Origin: Eubacteriales bacterium
GTDB taxonomy: Bacteria > Bacillota > Clostridia > Oscillospirales > CAG-272
Assembly: GCA_045576095.1 (NCBI GenBank)
Contig: JAZNFP010000005.1
Location: 1 to 51,683 of the forward strand
DNA: 51,683 nucleotides
Direction of reading: 5' to 3'
The notes beneath the pieces were generated by a model, which saw only the letters and a list, made by a program, of their open reading frames with translations, was not told where the DNA came from and searched no databases. Positions 14,842-23,328 of this stretch are shown in pieces. How positions within the stretch are numbered: the first letter of the stretch is position 1; each line of letters begins with the position of its first letter. Made by a program: the position numbers and the translations under genes.

Positions 14842-16419
14842 ATGTATCGGGCATTGTACAGAAAATGGCGCCCAACGACCTTTGATGACGTCGTGGGGCA
14901 GGAGCAGATCACGGATATTCTCAAATATCAGATTGCCGAAAATCGCATCTCTCATGCGTATCTTTTCTGTGGCTCGCGCGGAACCGGCAAGACAAGTTGT
15001 GCAAAAATTTTAGCGAAGGCAGTTAATTGCCTCCATCCCGTGAACGGCAACCCCTGTAATTGCTGTGACGCCTGCCGAAGCATCGATGCCGGTGCGGCAA
15101 CCGACGTTATTGAGATGGATGCGGCAAGTAACAACGGCGTTGATAACGTTCGCGATATGAAGGAGGAAATCGTCTTTACTCCGGCGGAGCTCAGGTATCG
15201 CGTTTATATCATCGACGAGGTTCATATGATGAGCGGAAGTGCCTTCAACGCGCTTCTGAAAACCCTTGAGGAGCCTCCTTCCTATGTGCTTTTCGTTCTG
15301 GCTACAACCGAGCTCTCCAAGCTTCCGTCCACTATCGTTTCAAGATGTCAGCGGTACGATTTTCGCAGACTCACCTCCGATGCAATCATCTCCCGTCTGA
15401 ATTTGATTTCCGACTCGGAGAGGATTTCGCTAAAGGACTCCGGCGCGCGCCTGATTGCCAAAATGGCACAGGGAGGAATGCGCGACGCAATCAGCCTTCT
15501 TGAGCTCTGTGCGGGAACGGGCGAGGAGATCACCGAGTCGCTTGTCGCCCGTGTTCTCGGCGTCGGGGGACGCGAAACGCCGGGGAAGGTCGTCGATGCA
15601 CTCGTCAACCGCGATTATCCCGCGCTCTATCGGCTCGTGGATGAGCTTGTGAGGGCATCGCAGGATTTGACGGTATTTTGGGTAGAGCTGATTAACTATT
15701 ATCGCGATCTCATTGTCGTCAAAACGATTGGCGACGCTAAGGAATATCTCGATCTGACCGAGACGGAGCAGGGCGCTCTTTCCGACCGTGCGGCAAGAAT
15801 TCCGCTTGCAAAAATGCTGTATCACAGCAGGGTGCTTGAGGAAACCCTTGACGGGCTCCGCAGAGCGGGACAAGGCAAGCGCAGCATCGCCGAGCTTGCA
15901 CTCGTACGGATGTGCGAGCCGAAGCTCTCCTGCTCGCAGGAGAGTCTCGTTGCAAGAATCGATGATCTTGAAAAGCAGCTTGCGCGTTTGATTGCTTCGG
16001 GGGGCGTTTCCGCGCCCGCTGCCGCAAACGATTCGGTACCGACTTCAAACACTGCCGAGCGAGCCGAATCCGCTGAGCGTGGGGAAACTCCGCATGAGAA
16101 CAAGCAAGAGGATAAACCCGAGAAGGTCGCTCAAAACGATGGCGCCAAAGCGGTTGACTGCTGGAGCCTCGTTCTTGAGGAATTTGCCGATCTGAAGCCC
16201 TCTCTCCGCCCCTTTTTAAAGGGCTCGAGCGCCGAGATTTCATCGGACGGTACGTTGACCGTTATGCTGACTGTTAAGCTTTTTCTCGGGATGCTCTCGG
16301 GGGATGAGACCTCGAAGACGATGCTTCTCAATCTTGTAAAATCGAAGGGGCTGCAGGCGTGCGCTGTCCGTTTCGTTTCGGTTGCGAAGCAGGAAAATAA
16401 AAATCAACTTGAATTTTAA
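14842..16419 (+). CDS. dnaX: DNA polymerase III subunits gamma/tau
   Basis: MYRALYRKWRP...GSRGTGKTSCAKILAK and a Cys4 zinc module. ATG at 14842 with GGAGGA 7 nt upstream. Confidence 0.95.
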   Translation: MYRALYRKWRPTTFDDVVGQEQITDILKYQIAENRISHAYLFCGSRGTGKTSCAKILAKAVNCLHPVNGNPCNCCDACRSIDAGAATDVIEMDAASNNGVDNVRDMKEEIVFTPAELRYRVYIIDEVHMMSGSAFNALLKTLEEPPSYVLFVLATTELSKLPSTIVSRCQRYDFRRLTSDAIISRLNLISDSERISLKDSGARLIAKMAQGGMRDAISLLELCAGTGEEITESLVARVLGVGGRETPGKVVDALVNRDYPALYRLVDELVRASQDLTVFWVELINYYRDLIVVKTIGDAKEYLDLTETEQGALSDRAARIPLAKMLYHSRVLEETLDGLRRAGQGKRSIAELALVRMCEPKLSCSQESLVARIDDLEKQLARLIASGGVSAPAAANDSVPTSNTAERAESAERGETPHENKQEDKPEKVAQNDGAKAVDCWSLVLEEFADLKPSLRPFLKGSSAEISSDGTLTVMLTVKLFLGMLSGDETSKTMLLNLVKSKGLQACAVRFVSVAKQENKNQLEF

Positions 16420-16457
16420 CGCCACGGAAATACATAATCATTTTAGGGGGATAGATC

Positions 16458-16811
16458 ATGAACGTCAGACTTCCGAAAAACGGTGCGGGAAACATGCAGG
16501 ATATGCTCAAGCAGGCGCAGAAGCTTCAGGAGGATATGGCTGCGCTTGAAAACGAGCTTGAGGGCAGGGAATACGAGGTTTCTGCTGGCGGCGGCGCCGT
16601 TACGGTTAAGATCAACGGCAAAAAGGAGATTCTTTCACTGGATATTGATCCCGATATTGTGGATCCCGATGATATTGAAACAATGTCGGATATCATCGTT
16701 GCCGGCGTCAATGAGGCGATCCGCCGCGTAACCGATACCGCAAGCGAGGAGATGCAGAAGCTGACGGGACCGATGGGGCTCGGTATGCCCGGAATGGGGC
16801 TTCCTTTCTGA
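16458..16811 (+). CDS. ebfC: Nucleoid-associated protein YbaB/EbfC
   Basis: MQDMLKQAQKLQEDM...GGGAVTVKINGK; conserved dnaX-ebfC-recR order. Confidence 0.9.
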   Translation: MNVRLPKNGAGNMQDMLKQAQKLQEDMAALENELEGREYEVSAGGGAVTVKINGKKEILSLDIDPDIVDPDDIETMSDIIVAGVNEAIRRVTDTASEEMQKLTGPMGLGMPGMGLPF

Positions 16812-16812
16812 T

Positions 16813-17415
16813 ATGGCGGATTATATTGCCCCTCTTCAGAGATTGATCGAAGAGTTTCGCAGGCTCCCCGGCATCGGCGGAAAAACGGCGGTGAGGCTCG
16901 CCTTTTCGATCGTAACGGGAAGCGATGAGCGTGCCGAATCCTTTTCCGAGGCCATCTTGACTGCGAAGCGGGAGATCCGAGCATGCTCGGTTTGCTGTAA
17001 TCTCAGCGCCTCGGAGCTTTGCCCGATTTGCTCGAATCCCGACCGAGACAGAAGCGTTATTTGCGTCGTTGAGGATGCACGTGCGGTGATGGCGATGGAG
17101 CGGATCCGCGACTATAGGGGAATGTATCACGTTCTCGGCGGTGCGCTTTCGCCGATGAACGGAGTGACCCCCGATCGGCTTCATATCAAGGAGCTGCTTG
17201 AGCGGCTTTCAACCCCGGAGGTCCGCGAAATTATTATTGCGACCAACCCCACCGTCGAGGGGGAAACCACGGCGTCTTATCTTGCTCGGCTGCTACAGCC
17301 CTTTGAGATCAAACTTACACGCCTTGCCTATGGCATACCCGTCGGCGGCGACCTCGAATATGCGGATGAGGTAACGCTTCATCGCGCCATGTCGGGAAGA
17401 ACTAATCTGTTATAA
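16813..17415 (+). CDS. recR: Recombination protein RecR
   Basis: HhH motif LPGIGGKTAVRLAF, C4 zinc finger CSVCCNLS...CPICSN, Toprim domain. Confidence 0.95.
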   Translation: MADYIAPLQRLIEEFRRLPGIGGKTAVRLAFSIVTGSDERAESFSEAILTAKREIRACSVCCNLSASELCPICSNPDRDRSVICVVEDARAVMAMERIRDYRGMYHVLGGALSPMNGVTPDRLHIKELLERLSTPEVREIIIATNPTVEGETTASYLARLLQPFEIKLTRLAYGIPVGGDLEYADEVTLHRAMSGRTNLL

Positions 17416-17423
17416 GCGAGGCT

Positions 17424-18065
17424 TTGATTTTGTCTACGGGAAGGAATCAGCTTTCAAACAAGAAAAAGCTTCTGATCGTTGCGATCACGTTTGCTTGCAT
17501 TCTCGCGTTTTCTGTTTTGGCGCTTTACCTTTTGAAAAAGGACGAGGCTCCCGACTTTTATCTCCCGGAGCCGTCCGATGGACCCTTTGCTCCCGTGGAT
17601 TGGGGCGAGGATGCTTTGTCCGATCCGGACTATCTTGCTCTCGGGGACCGTCTGACCGTATACGCCGATATTCCGAGCTTCGGTCGATATCCCGTCACAA
17701 GCGACGAGGATCTCGCGCTCGGCAACGAGGTGCTGCTTTTATATCGCGTGATCGAATCGGTAAGGGCGGGAGACGCAGAGCTTTACAATTCCTTTTTCTC
17801 GGATTTTTACCGACGGATTGCCGGAGAAAAGGAGCCGTTTACCGCGCAGAAGCTTTACGATATTGAAATAACCTATCAGAAAACGTTTGAGGATGACGAT
17901 GCCGGTGTCTTGAGCCTTTATCGCGTCGGATACAAAATTATGGATAACAACGGTACGTACCGCAACGATATCGCAAGCGACGAGCTTCGTTACGTATATT
18001 TCCACGTTCGAAACGTCTCCGGACGCTTCGAGGTATATTCGATGGTCTACGCAAAATACAACTGA
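17424..18065 (+). CDS. Hypothetical membrane-anchored protein (single N-terminal TM helix)
   Basis: TTG start. LLIVAITFACILAFSVLALYLL anchor followed by an acidic soluble domain. No family recognised. Confidence 0.5.
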   Translation: MILSTGRNQLSNKKKLLIVAITFACILAFSVLALYLLKKDEAPDFYLPEPSDGPFAPVDWGEDALSDPDYLALGDRLTVYADIPSFGRYPVTSDEDLALGNEVLLLYRVIESVRAGDAELYNSFFSDFYRRIAGEKEPFTAQKLYDIEITYQKTFEDDDAGVLSLYRVGYKIMDNNGTYRNDIASDELRYVYFHVRNVSGRFEVYSMVYAKYN

Positions 18066-18091
18066 TTTCAGCATTTTAAAGGAGCTTCACT

Positions 18092-18523
18092 ATGGAATAT
18101 ATGACCTTTTTTTGGCTTGGGGTCGTCGCTGTATCGCTTGTCGTCGAGGCACTGACTGTGGGACTCGTTTCCATCTGGCTTGTCCCCGGCGCGCTTGCGG
18201 CGATGGTTCTTTCGCTGTTCAAGCTTCCGCTTTTCGTGCAGATCCCCGTGTTTTTCGTTCTGTCGGGATGCGGAATCGTTCTTGCAAAAACGGTATTCCG
18301 TCGCTTTCTTTCTCCGAAATCCGGCGCAAAAACCAACGTCGATGCAATCGTCGGCTCTCGGGCTGTCGTGACGGAGCGTGTGGATAATCTCTCGGGCTGC
18401 GGACAGGTGCGCGTCAATTCGCAGATCTGGTCGGCTCGCTCGATGGATCCGGATATCGTATTTGAGGTGGGAGAGGTCGTTTCGGTCATGGCGATCGAGG
18501 GCGTTAAGCTCATCTGCAAATAA
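18092..18523 (+). CDS. NfeD-family membrane protein
   Basis: Three TM segments plus a C-terminal OB-like domain (GQVRVNSQIWSARS...VMAIEGVKLI). Paired with a downstream SPFH gene. Confidence 0.8.
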   Translation: MEYMTFFWLGVVAVSLVVEALTVGLVSIWLVPGALAAMVLSLFKLPLFVQIPVFFVLSGCGIVLAKTVFRRFLSPKSGAKTNVDAIVGSRAVVTERVDNLSGCGQVRVNSQIWSARSMDPDIVFEVGEVVSVMAIEGVKLICK

Positions 18524-18550
18524 AAGTAAATTCAAAACGGAGGTTTTGCT

Positions 18551-19522
18551 ATGTTTGGGATTTCATCACTTCTTATGGTCAGCGGCGGCGCAACCGCCCT
18601 TATCATCCTCGGCGTGCTTCTCGGTCTGGCACTTTTGATTCTGATTGCCAACATTCGCATCGTTCCTCAGGCACATGCTTATGTCATCGAGTGGCTCGGA
18701 AGCTATAAAACAACCTGGGATACGGGACTGCACATTAAGGTTCCCTTCTTTGAAAAGGTCGGTAAGCGCGTGGTAAAAATGGAGCAGGTCGTCGATTTCC
18801 CTCCGCAGGCGGTGATTACGAAGGATAACGTCCGTATGCAGATTGATACCGTCGTTTTTTATCAGATTACAGACTGCAAGCTTTACGCTTACGGCGTTAC
18901 CAATCCTCTTTTTGCCATCGAGAATCTGACGGCAACCACCCTTCGTAACATCATCGGCGAGCTTGATCTTGACGGCACCCTGACGTCCCGTGACGTGATC
19001 AATACAAGAATGCGCTCAATCCTGGATGAGGCGACCGATCAATGGGGAATTAAGGTCAATCGCGTTGAGCTGAAGAATATCATTCCGCCAAAAGAAATTC
19101 AGGATGCGATGGAGAAGCAGATGAAGGCGGAGCGCGAGCGCCGCGAGGCGATTCTTCGCGCAGAGGGTGAAAAGAACAGTGCCATCCTCGTTGCCGAGGG
19201 ACGCAAGCAGTCGATGATTCTCGAGGCTGAGGCGAATAAGCAATCCGCTATCCTTGCGGCAGAAGCGGTCAAGGAATCGAAGATGCGCGAGGCGGAGGGT
19301 GAGGCAGAAGCGATTTTGCGCATTCAGCAGGCAACGGCAAAGGGTATTGAGATGATCAACGCCGCAACTCCCTCCGAGGCGGTTATCTCGATTCGTGCGC
19401 TTGAGGCCTTCGTTGCCGCAGCCAACGGAAAGGCAACCAAGATTATCGTACCATCGAGCATTGCGGGGATCGCAGGGCTTGCTTCTTCCATTACCGAGGT
19501 GGCAAGGACCAAGACGGAGTGA
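18551..19522 (+). CDS. SPFH/band-7 (stomatin-like) family protein
   Basis: N-terminal TM helix, an SPFH core (IVPQAHAYVIEWLG..., QITD...YG...), and an Ala/Glu-rich coiled-coil tail. Confidence 0.85.
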   Translation: MFGISSLLMVSGGATALIILGVLLGLALLILIANIRIVPQAHAYVIEWLGSYKTTWDTGLHIKVPFFEKVGKRVVKMEQVVDFPPQAVITKDNVRMQIDTVVFYQITDCKLYAYGVTNPLFAIENLTATTLRNIIGELDLDGTLTSRDVINTRMRSILDEATDQWGIKVNRVELKNIIPPKEIQDAMEKQMKAERERREAILRAEGEKNSAILVAEGRKQSMILEAEANKQSAILAAEAVKESKMREAEGEAEAILRIQQATAKGIEMINAATPSEAVISIRALEAFVAAANGKATKIIVPSSIAGIAGLASSITEVARTKTE

Positions 19523-19527
19523 CTCGA

Positions 19528-19572
19528 TTTTCGGGCGGCATATCGACTTGCCGCCCGAAAATTTTGTTTTTT
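19528..19572 (+). terminator. Intrinsic terminator after the SPFH gene
   Basis: ttttcgggcggca-N8-tgccgcccgaaaa followed by ttttgtttttt. Confidence 0.8.
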
Positions 19573-19593
19573 CAAATTTTTCGAATAAATCCC

Positions 19594-19622
19594 TTGACAA
19601 ATGTACCTTTAGTTGCTATAAT
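19594..19622 (+). promoter_or_regulatory. Consensus sigma-A promoter of the tRNA pair
   Basis: TTGACA (19594-19599), 17-nt spacer, TATAAT (19617-19622). Confidence 0.7.
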
Positions 19623-19640
19623 ATGCGTGTTGTCCGATAT

Positions 19641-19717
19641 GTACCTTTAGCTCAGCCGGATAGAGCAACTGCCTTCTAAGCAGTAGGTCGAGGGTTCGAA
19701 TCCCCCAAGGTACGCCA
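19641..19717 (+). tRNA. tRNA-Arg (anticodon TCT), CCA encoded
   Basis: Manual cloverleaf: acceptor gtacctt/aaggtac, anticodon stem actgc/gcagt, loop cTTCTaa, T-loop ttcgaat, 3' gcca. Confidence 0.85.
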
Positions 19718-19723
19718 CGGTAC

Positions 19724-19801
19724 GGAGGATGTAGCTCAGTTGGTGGTAGCGCCAGGTTGTGGCCCTGGAGGTCGTGGGTTCAAGTCCCATCATTCTCCCC
19801 A
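19724..19801 (+). tRNA. tRNA-His (anticodon GTG) with encoded G-1 and CCA
   Basis: Acceptor gaggatg/cattctc preceded by an extra G opposite C73. Anticodon stem ccagg/cctgg, loop ttGTGgc, T-loop ttcaagt. Confidence 0.85.
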
Positions 19802-19813
19802 TTTTTATTCATG

Positions 19814-19840
19814 AAATCGCCCTTGCGGCGATTTTTTTGT
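19814..19840 (+). terminator. Intrinsic terminator after the tRNA genes
   Basis: aaatcgcc-cttgc-ggcgattt followed by a T-run. Confidence 0.7.
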
Positions 19841-19860
19841 TTTGTTTTTCTCAAAAGCCG

Positions 19861-19905
19861 AAAAAGAGCCCGTGCGACGTTCTTCTGCTCGCACGGGCTC
19901 TTTTT
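19861..19905. terminator. Bidirectional terminator; terminates spo0A on the minus strand
   Basis: 13-bp stem agagcccgtgcga / tcgcacgggctct flanked by A5 and T5. Confidence 0.8.
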
Positions 19906-19914
19906 CTGCAGATC

Positions 19915-20688
19915 TCAGTAAAGCTTATATTTCAGACGGAGATTGTCTGCGATCATGGCAATAAACTCGCTGTTCGTTGGCTTCCCACGGTTGTTTTGGA
20001 TCGTGTATCCGAAATAGGAGTTGAGGGTATCAATATCTCCACGATCCCACGCGACCTCGATGGCATGCCGAATGGCACGCTCAACGCGCGAGGTGGTCGT
20101 TGCATATTTTTTCGCCACCGATGGGTAGAGAATTTTCGTGACAGAATTGATAATCTCGTTATCCGCGATGGTCATCATGATTGCCGTTCGCAGATATTGG
20201 TATCCCTTGATATGTGCCGGGACGCCGATCTGGTGAATGATCTTCGTTACCTGCGTCTCAATATCCGGTGTAGCATCTCCGCTCTGTCCCTCTCCGCCGC
20301 TTCTTCTGGCGCCGACGATTGCGCTGACGTGCTCGCAAAGACTCGGATAGCTCAGGGGCTTAGGCAGGCAAAGATCAGCTCCCGCGCGGCTTGCTTCAAG
20401 GAAGGATGCTTGATTTGTTACCATGGAGATCAATATGAATGCAGGGGCTGTATCGTGTCCGTAGTTCAGCTTTTTTGCCTCGCGGATGACGCCGATTCCG
20501 TCGAGCTTTGACAGCCAAAGATCAACGATGACAACGTCCGGGTGCGCCCGTCCGATCTTTGCAACGGCCTCCTCGCCGTCTCTTGCTTCGTCAACAACTC
20601 GGAATCCGCCTCGCGTGAAGCAGTCGCGCATTTGCCGTCTGATCTCGGCGTTTTCATCCGCAATGATGATTTTTGTGTCTTTTTCCAT
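19915..20688 (-). CDS. spo0A: Sporulation master regulator Spo0A
   Basis: REC domain (IIIADEN..., [11 protein letters not shown]) plus the Spo0A_C signature [15 protein letters not shown]. Start set to MEKDTK at 20688 (AAGGAG RBS). Confidence 0.95.
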   Translation of the reverse strand: MEKDTKIIIADENAEIRRQMRDCFTRGGFRVVDEARDGEEAVAKIGRAHPDVVIVDLWLSKLDGIGVIREAKKLNYGHDTAPAFILISMVTNQASFLEASRAGADLCLPKPLSYPSLCEHVSAIVGARRSGGEGQSGDATPDIETQVTKIIHQIGVPAHIKGYQYLRTAIMMTIADNEIINSVTKILYPSVAKKYATTTSRVERAIRHAIEVAWDRGDIDTLNSYFGYTIQNNRGKPTNSEFIAMIADNLRLKYKLY

Positions 20689-20940
20689 GATCCTACTCCT
20701 TTTTCTTTTTTTCTTCTTGTATTCATATTCTATCACAATTACCAAAAAATGGCAATTGGTAATCCTGCACAAAAAGAGGTCAATCAAACTGGAAGAAAAT
20801 ACCAAATATCACGGAAGGCAAAGTCAAATTTTGAAGGAGCGAGGGAGTGCTTGTCGGAACGCATGGATTGACAGATTATTAACGTTTTGTTAAATAGCGA
20901 CAAATGTTGAAAAATCCGTCAGGAAAATCAATTGAAAAGA

Positions 20941-20969
20941 TTGCTTTTCGAAAACGATTGTGCTATACT
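20941..20969 (+). promoter_or_regulatory. Candidate promoter for pck
   Basis: TTGCTT (20941-20946), 17-nt spacer, TATACT (20964-20969). Confidence 0.45.
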
Positions 20970-21021
20970 ATAATCGCGGTAAATTGGTTTACTTAATTAT
21001 TTATATAAAGGAGCGCACACT

Positions 21022-22782
21022 ATGACCAACAACAAGTACGTTCTGGATTGGATCAACGATATGGCTGCCATGACGCAGCCCGATAAGATCGTTTGGATCG
21101 ACGGTACCGAGGCGCAGGCCGAGGAGCTTCGGGCACAGGCATGCTCGACCGGGGAGATGACGAAGCTTAATCAGGAGCTTCTTCCCGGCTGCTATCTTCA
21201 CAGAACCGCCATCAACGACGTCGCGCGCGTTGAGGACAGAACCTTTATCTGCACCTCCAAGAAGGAGGATGCCGGTAACATCAATAACTGGATGGATCCC
21301 AAGGAGTGCTATGCGAAGCTCTCGAAGCTTTACACCGGCTCGATGAAGGGAAGAACGATGTACGTCATCCCTTACTCCATGGGCATCGTCGGGAGTGATT
21401 TTGCAAAGTACGGCATTGAGCTGACCGACTCGATCTACGTCGTTCTTAACATGCTGATCATGACCCGCGTCGGTACCAACGTTCTTGAGGCGCTCGGTGA
21501 TGACGCCGGATTTATCAAGGGACTTCACGCTCGTGCGGATATCGACGAAGCAAACCGTTATATCTGTCATTTCCCCGAGGATAATACCATTTGGTCGGTC
21601 AACTCGGGTTACGGCGGAAACGTTCTGCTCGGCAAAAAGTGCTTTGCTCTCCGTATCGCTTCCTACCTCGGTCGTAAAGAGGGCTGGATGGCAGAGCATA
21701 TGCTGATTCTCGGTATCGAGGATCCGACGGGTGACGTTAAGTATATCTGCGCTGCATTCCCATCTGCGTGCGGTAAGACCAACCTTGCCATGCTGATTCC
21801 GCCCGAGTTCTATAAATCGAAGGGGTATAAGGTATGGTGCGTAGGAGACGATATTTCCTGGCTCCGAATCGGCTCTGACGGTCGTCTGTGGGCTGTCAAC
21901 CCCGAAAACGGCTTCTTCGGTGTCGCTCCCGGTACCAATGAAAAGTCGAATCCCAATGCCCTTGCAACGACAAAGAAGAATACGATTTTCACCAATGTTG
22001 TTGAGAATCTTGATAACAACACCGTTTGGTGGGAGGGTCTTGATAAGAATCCTCCGAAGAATGCTCGCAACTGGAAGGGCGAGACTTGGGACTTCACCGA
22101 CGGCTCGAAGGGTGCCCATCCGAACTCTCGCTTTACCGCGATGGCTACCAATTGCCCCTGTCTCTCCGACAAGTTCAACGATCCGGCAGGTGTTCCGATT
22201 TCTGCGATCGTCTTTGGCGGTCGCCGTGCGAAGACCGCTCCGCTCGTTTATCAGTCCACCTCTTGGCAGAACGGTACCTTCGTTGGCTCGATTATGGCGT
22301 CTGAGACGACTGCCGCCGCAGCCGGTGCTGTCGGTGTCGTCCGCCGCGACCCGATGGCGATGCGTCCCTTCGTTGGATACGATATGGGTGACTACTTCAA
22401 GCATTGGCTTGATATGGGCAAGAAGATTCCGAACGCTCCGAAGATTTTCCACGTTAACTGGTTCAGAACCGACGACGAGGGACACTTCATTTGGCCGGGA
22501 TTTGGCGATAATATGCGCGTCCTTATGTGGATTCTTGCGCGTTGCGAGGGAAAGGTAGACGCTCGCGAAACAGCAATCGGTTACGTTCCTTACGTTAAGG
22601 ACATCGAGATTTCCGGACTTGATATCGACGAGAAGACGGTTGAGGGTCTTCTTGAGGTTGACACGGCACTCTGGAAGGAGGATATTCCCGGTATCCGTGC
22701 CTTCTATGAGCAGGTCGGAAACCGCGTTCCCGCCGAGCTTTACGAGGAGCTTAACGCTCTTGAGGCAAGACTTAACGGCTAA
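21022..22782 (+). CDS. pck: Phosphoenolpyruvate carboxykinase (GTP-dependent)
   Basis: 586 aa. The GTP-PEPCK kinase-1a loop FPSACGKTN and overall similarity to the GTP-type enzyme. Confidence 0.93.
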   Translation: MTNNKYVLDWINDMAAMTQPDKIVWIDGTEAQAEELRAQACSTGEMTKLNQELLPGCYLHRTAINDVARVEDRTFICTSKKEDAGNINNWMDPKECYAKLSKLYTGSMKGRTMYVIPYSMGIVGSDFAKYGIELTDSIYVVLNMLIMTRVGTNVLEALGDDAGFIKGLHARADIDEANRYICHFPEDNTIWSVNSGYGGNVLLGKKCFALRIASYLGRKEGWMAEHMLILGIEDPTGDVKYICAAFPSACGKTNLAMLIPPEFYKSKGYKVWCVGDDISWLRIGSDGRLWAVNPENGFFGVAPGTNEKSNPNALATTKKNTIFTNVVENLDNNTVWWEGLDKNPPKNARNWKGETWDFTDGSKGAHPNSRFTAMATNCPCLSDKFNDPAGVPISAIVFGGRRAKTAPLVYQSTSWQNGTFVGSIMASETTAAAAGAVGVVRRDPMAMRPFVGYDMGDYFKHWLDMGKKIPNAPKIFHVNWFRTDDEGHFIWPGFGDNMRVLMWILARCEGKVDARETAIGYVPYVKDIEISGLDIDEKTVEGLLEVDTALWKEDIPGIRAFYEQVGNRVPAELYEELNALEARLNG

Positions 22783-22800
22783 ATTGAAAATAAAAAGGGG

Positions 22801-22964
22801 ATGCTTCCTTTGGGCATACCCGAACGAAAAACAAAGAAAACAGGTGCTGCGCGTAAGGCGCAGTACCTGCTTTTTCTTTACGAATCCTATTCTTAATGTG
22901 AAAAAACTTGCGGTTTTCTCCTTTTTATCGTTTTTCGTTCGGTTATGCCGAAATCAAGCGAGCC
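22801..22964 (+). repeat. MITE-like intergenic repeat, copy A (20-bp terminal inverted repeats plus an internal bidirectional terminator hairpin)
   Basis: TIRs ggcatacccgaacgaaaaac (22813-22832) / gtttttcgttcggttatgcc (22930-22949). Internal hairpin caggtgctgcgc-gtaa-ggcgcagtacctg between A- and T-runs. Roughly 85% identical by eye to the reverse complement of 32877-33040. Confidence 0.8.
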
Positions 22965-23060
22965 CCAAAAGGGACCTCAAACTGAGAATTCGGCGTTTTT
23001 GCTTTTTTCAATCTCAAAAGCGATGATAACGCCCCAAGTATTAGTGACTCAGCCCCTTTA

Positions 23061-23273
23061 TTATATTTCGAGCATTGTCGGATCAAGCGTTGTGACTGAT
23101 CTCGGCTTTGCAGGCAAATATTTCAGCAGATCGAATTGATATTTCCGGCAACAGGCGAGCCCGTTCCGCTCGCGCTTTTTTCGGCAGCAAAACACGAGTT
23201 CGTCATTTTCCGTCACAGGGGTTGACCATTCACAGGTTGCACAGCAGGGGGGAATTTCGGGATGCTTTATCAT
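23061..23273 (-). CDS. Hypothetical small Cys-rich protein (70 aa, three CC doublets)
   Basis: ORF with an AAAGG RBS about 9 nt upstream. Cys pattern CCxxC...CC...CC. 55 nt downstream of the ylbJ-like gene on the same strand. Confidence 0.45.
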   Translation of the reverse strand: MIKHPEIPPCCATCEWSTPVTENDELVFCCRKKRERNGLACCRKYQFDLLKYLPAKPRSVTTLDPTMLEI

Positions 23274-23328
23274 TTTTCATTGCCTTTCGGTTGATCTTGT
23301 CTTATTCTAACATATTTTTTCCGTGCCG

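Noticed and set aside
14842-16419. Programmed -1 frameshift site in dnaX (A AAA AAG type), as in E. coli.
   Set aside because: I found no A-AAA-AAG heptamer or comparable slippery sequence with a downstream hairpin when reading the gene.
19759-20511. 250-aa plus-strand ORF starting inside tRNA-His and running antisense through spo0A.
   Set aside because: It begins within a tRNA gene, crosses two terminators and is antisense to the unmistakable spo0A CDS. It is an artefact.
21001-22485. 494-aa ORF antisense to pck. Similar long antisense or off-frame ORFs occur at 6821-7660, 8000-8887, 13427-14446, 26764-27769, 29383-30372, 30382-31002, 44833-45561 and 46749-47462.
   Set aside because: All lie fully inside strongly supported conserved genes on the opposite strand or in another frame. 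They have Arg/Ser/Pro/Gly-rich low-complexity translations typical of stop-poor frames in GC-rich DNA, lack RBSs, and resemble no protein family.
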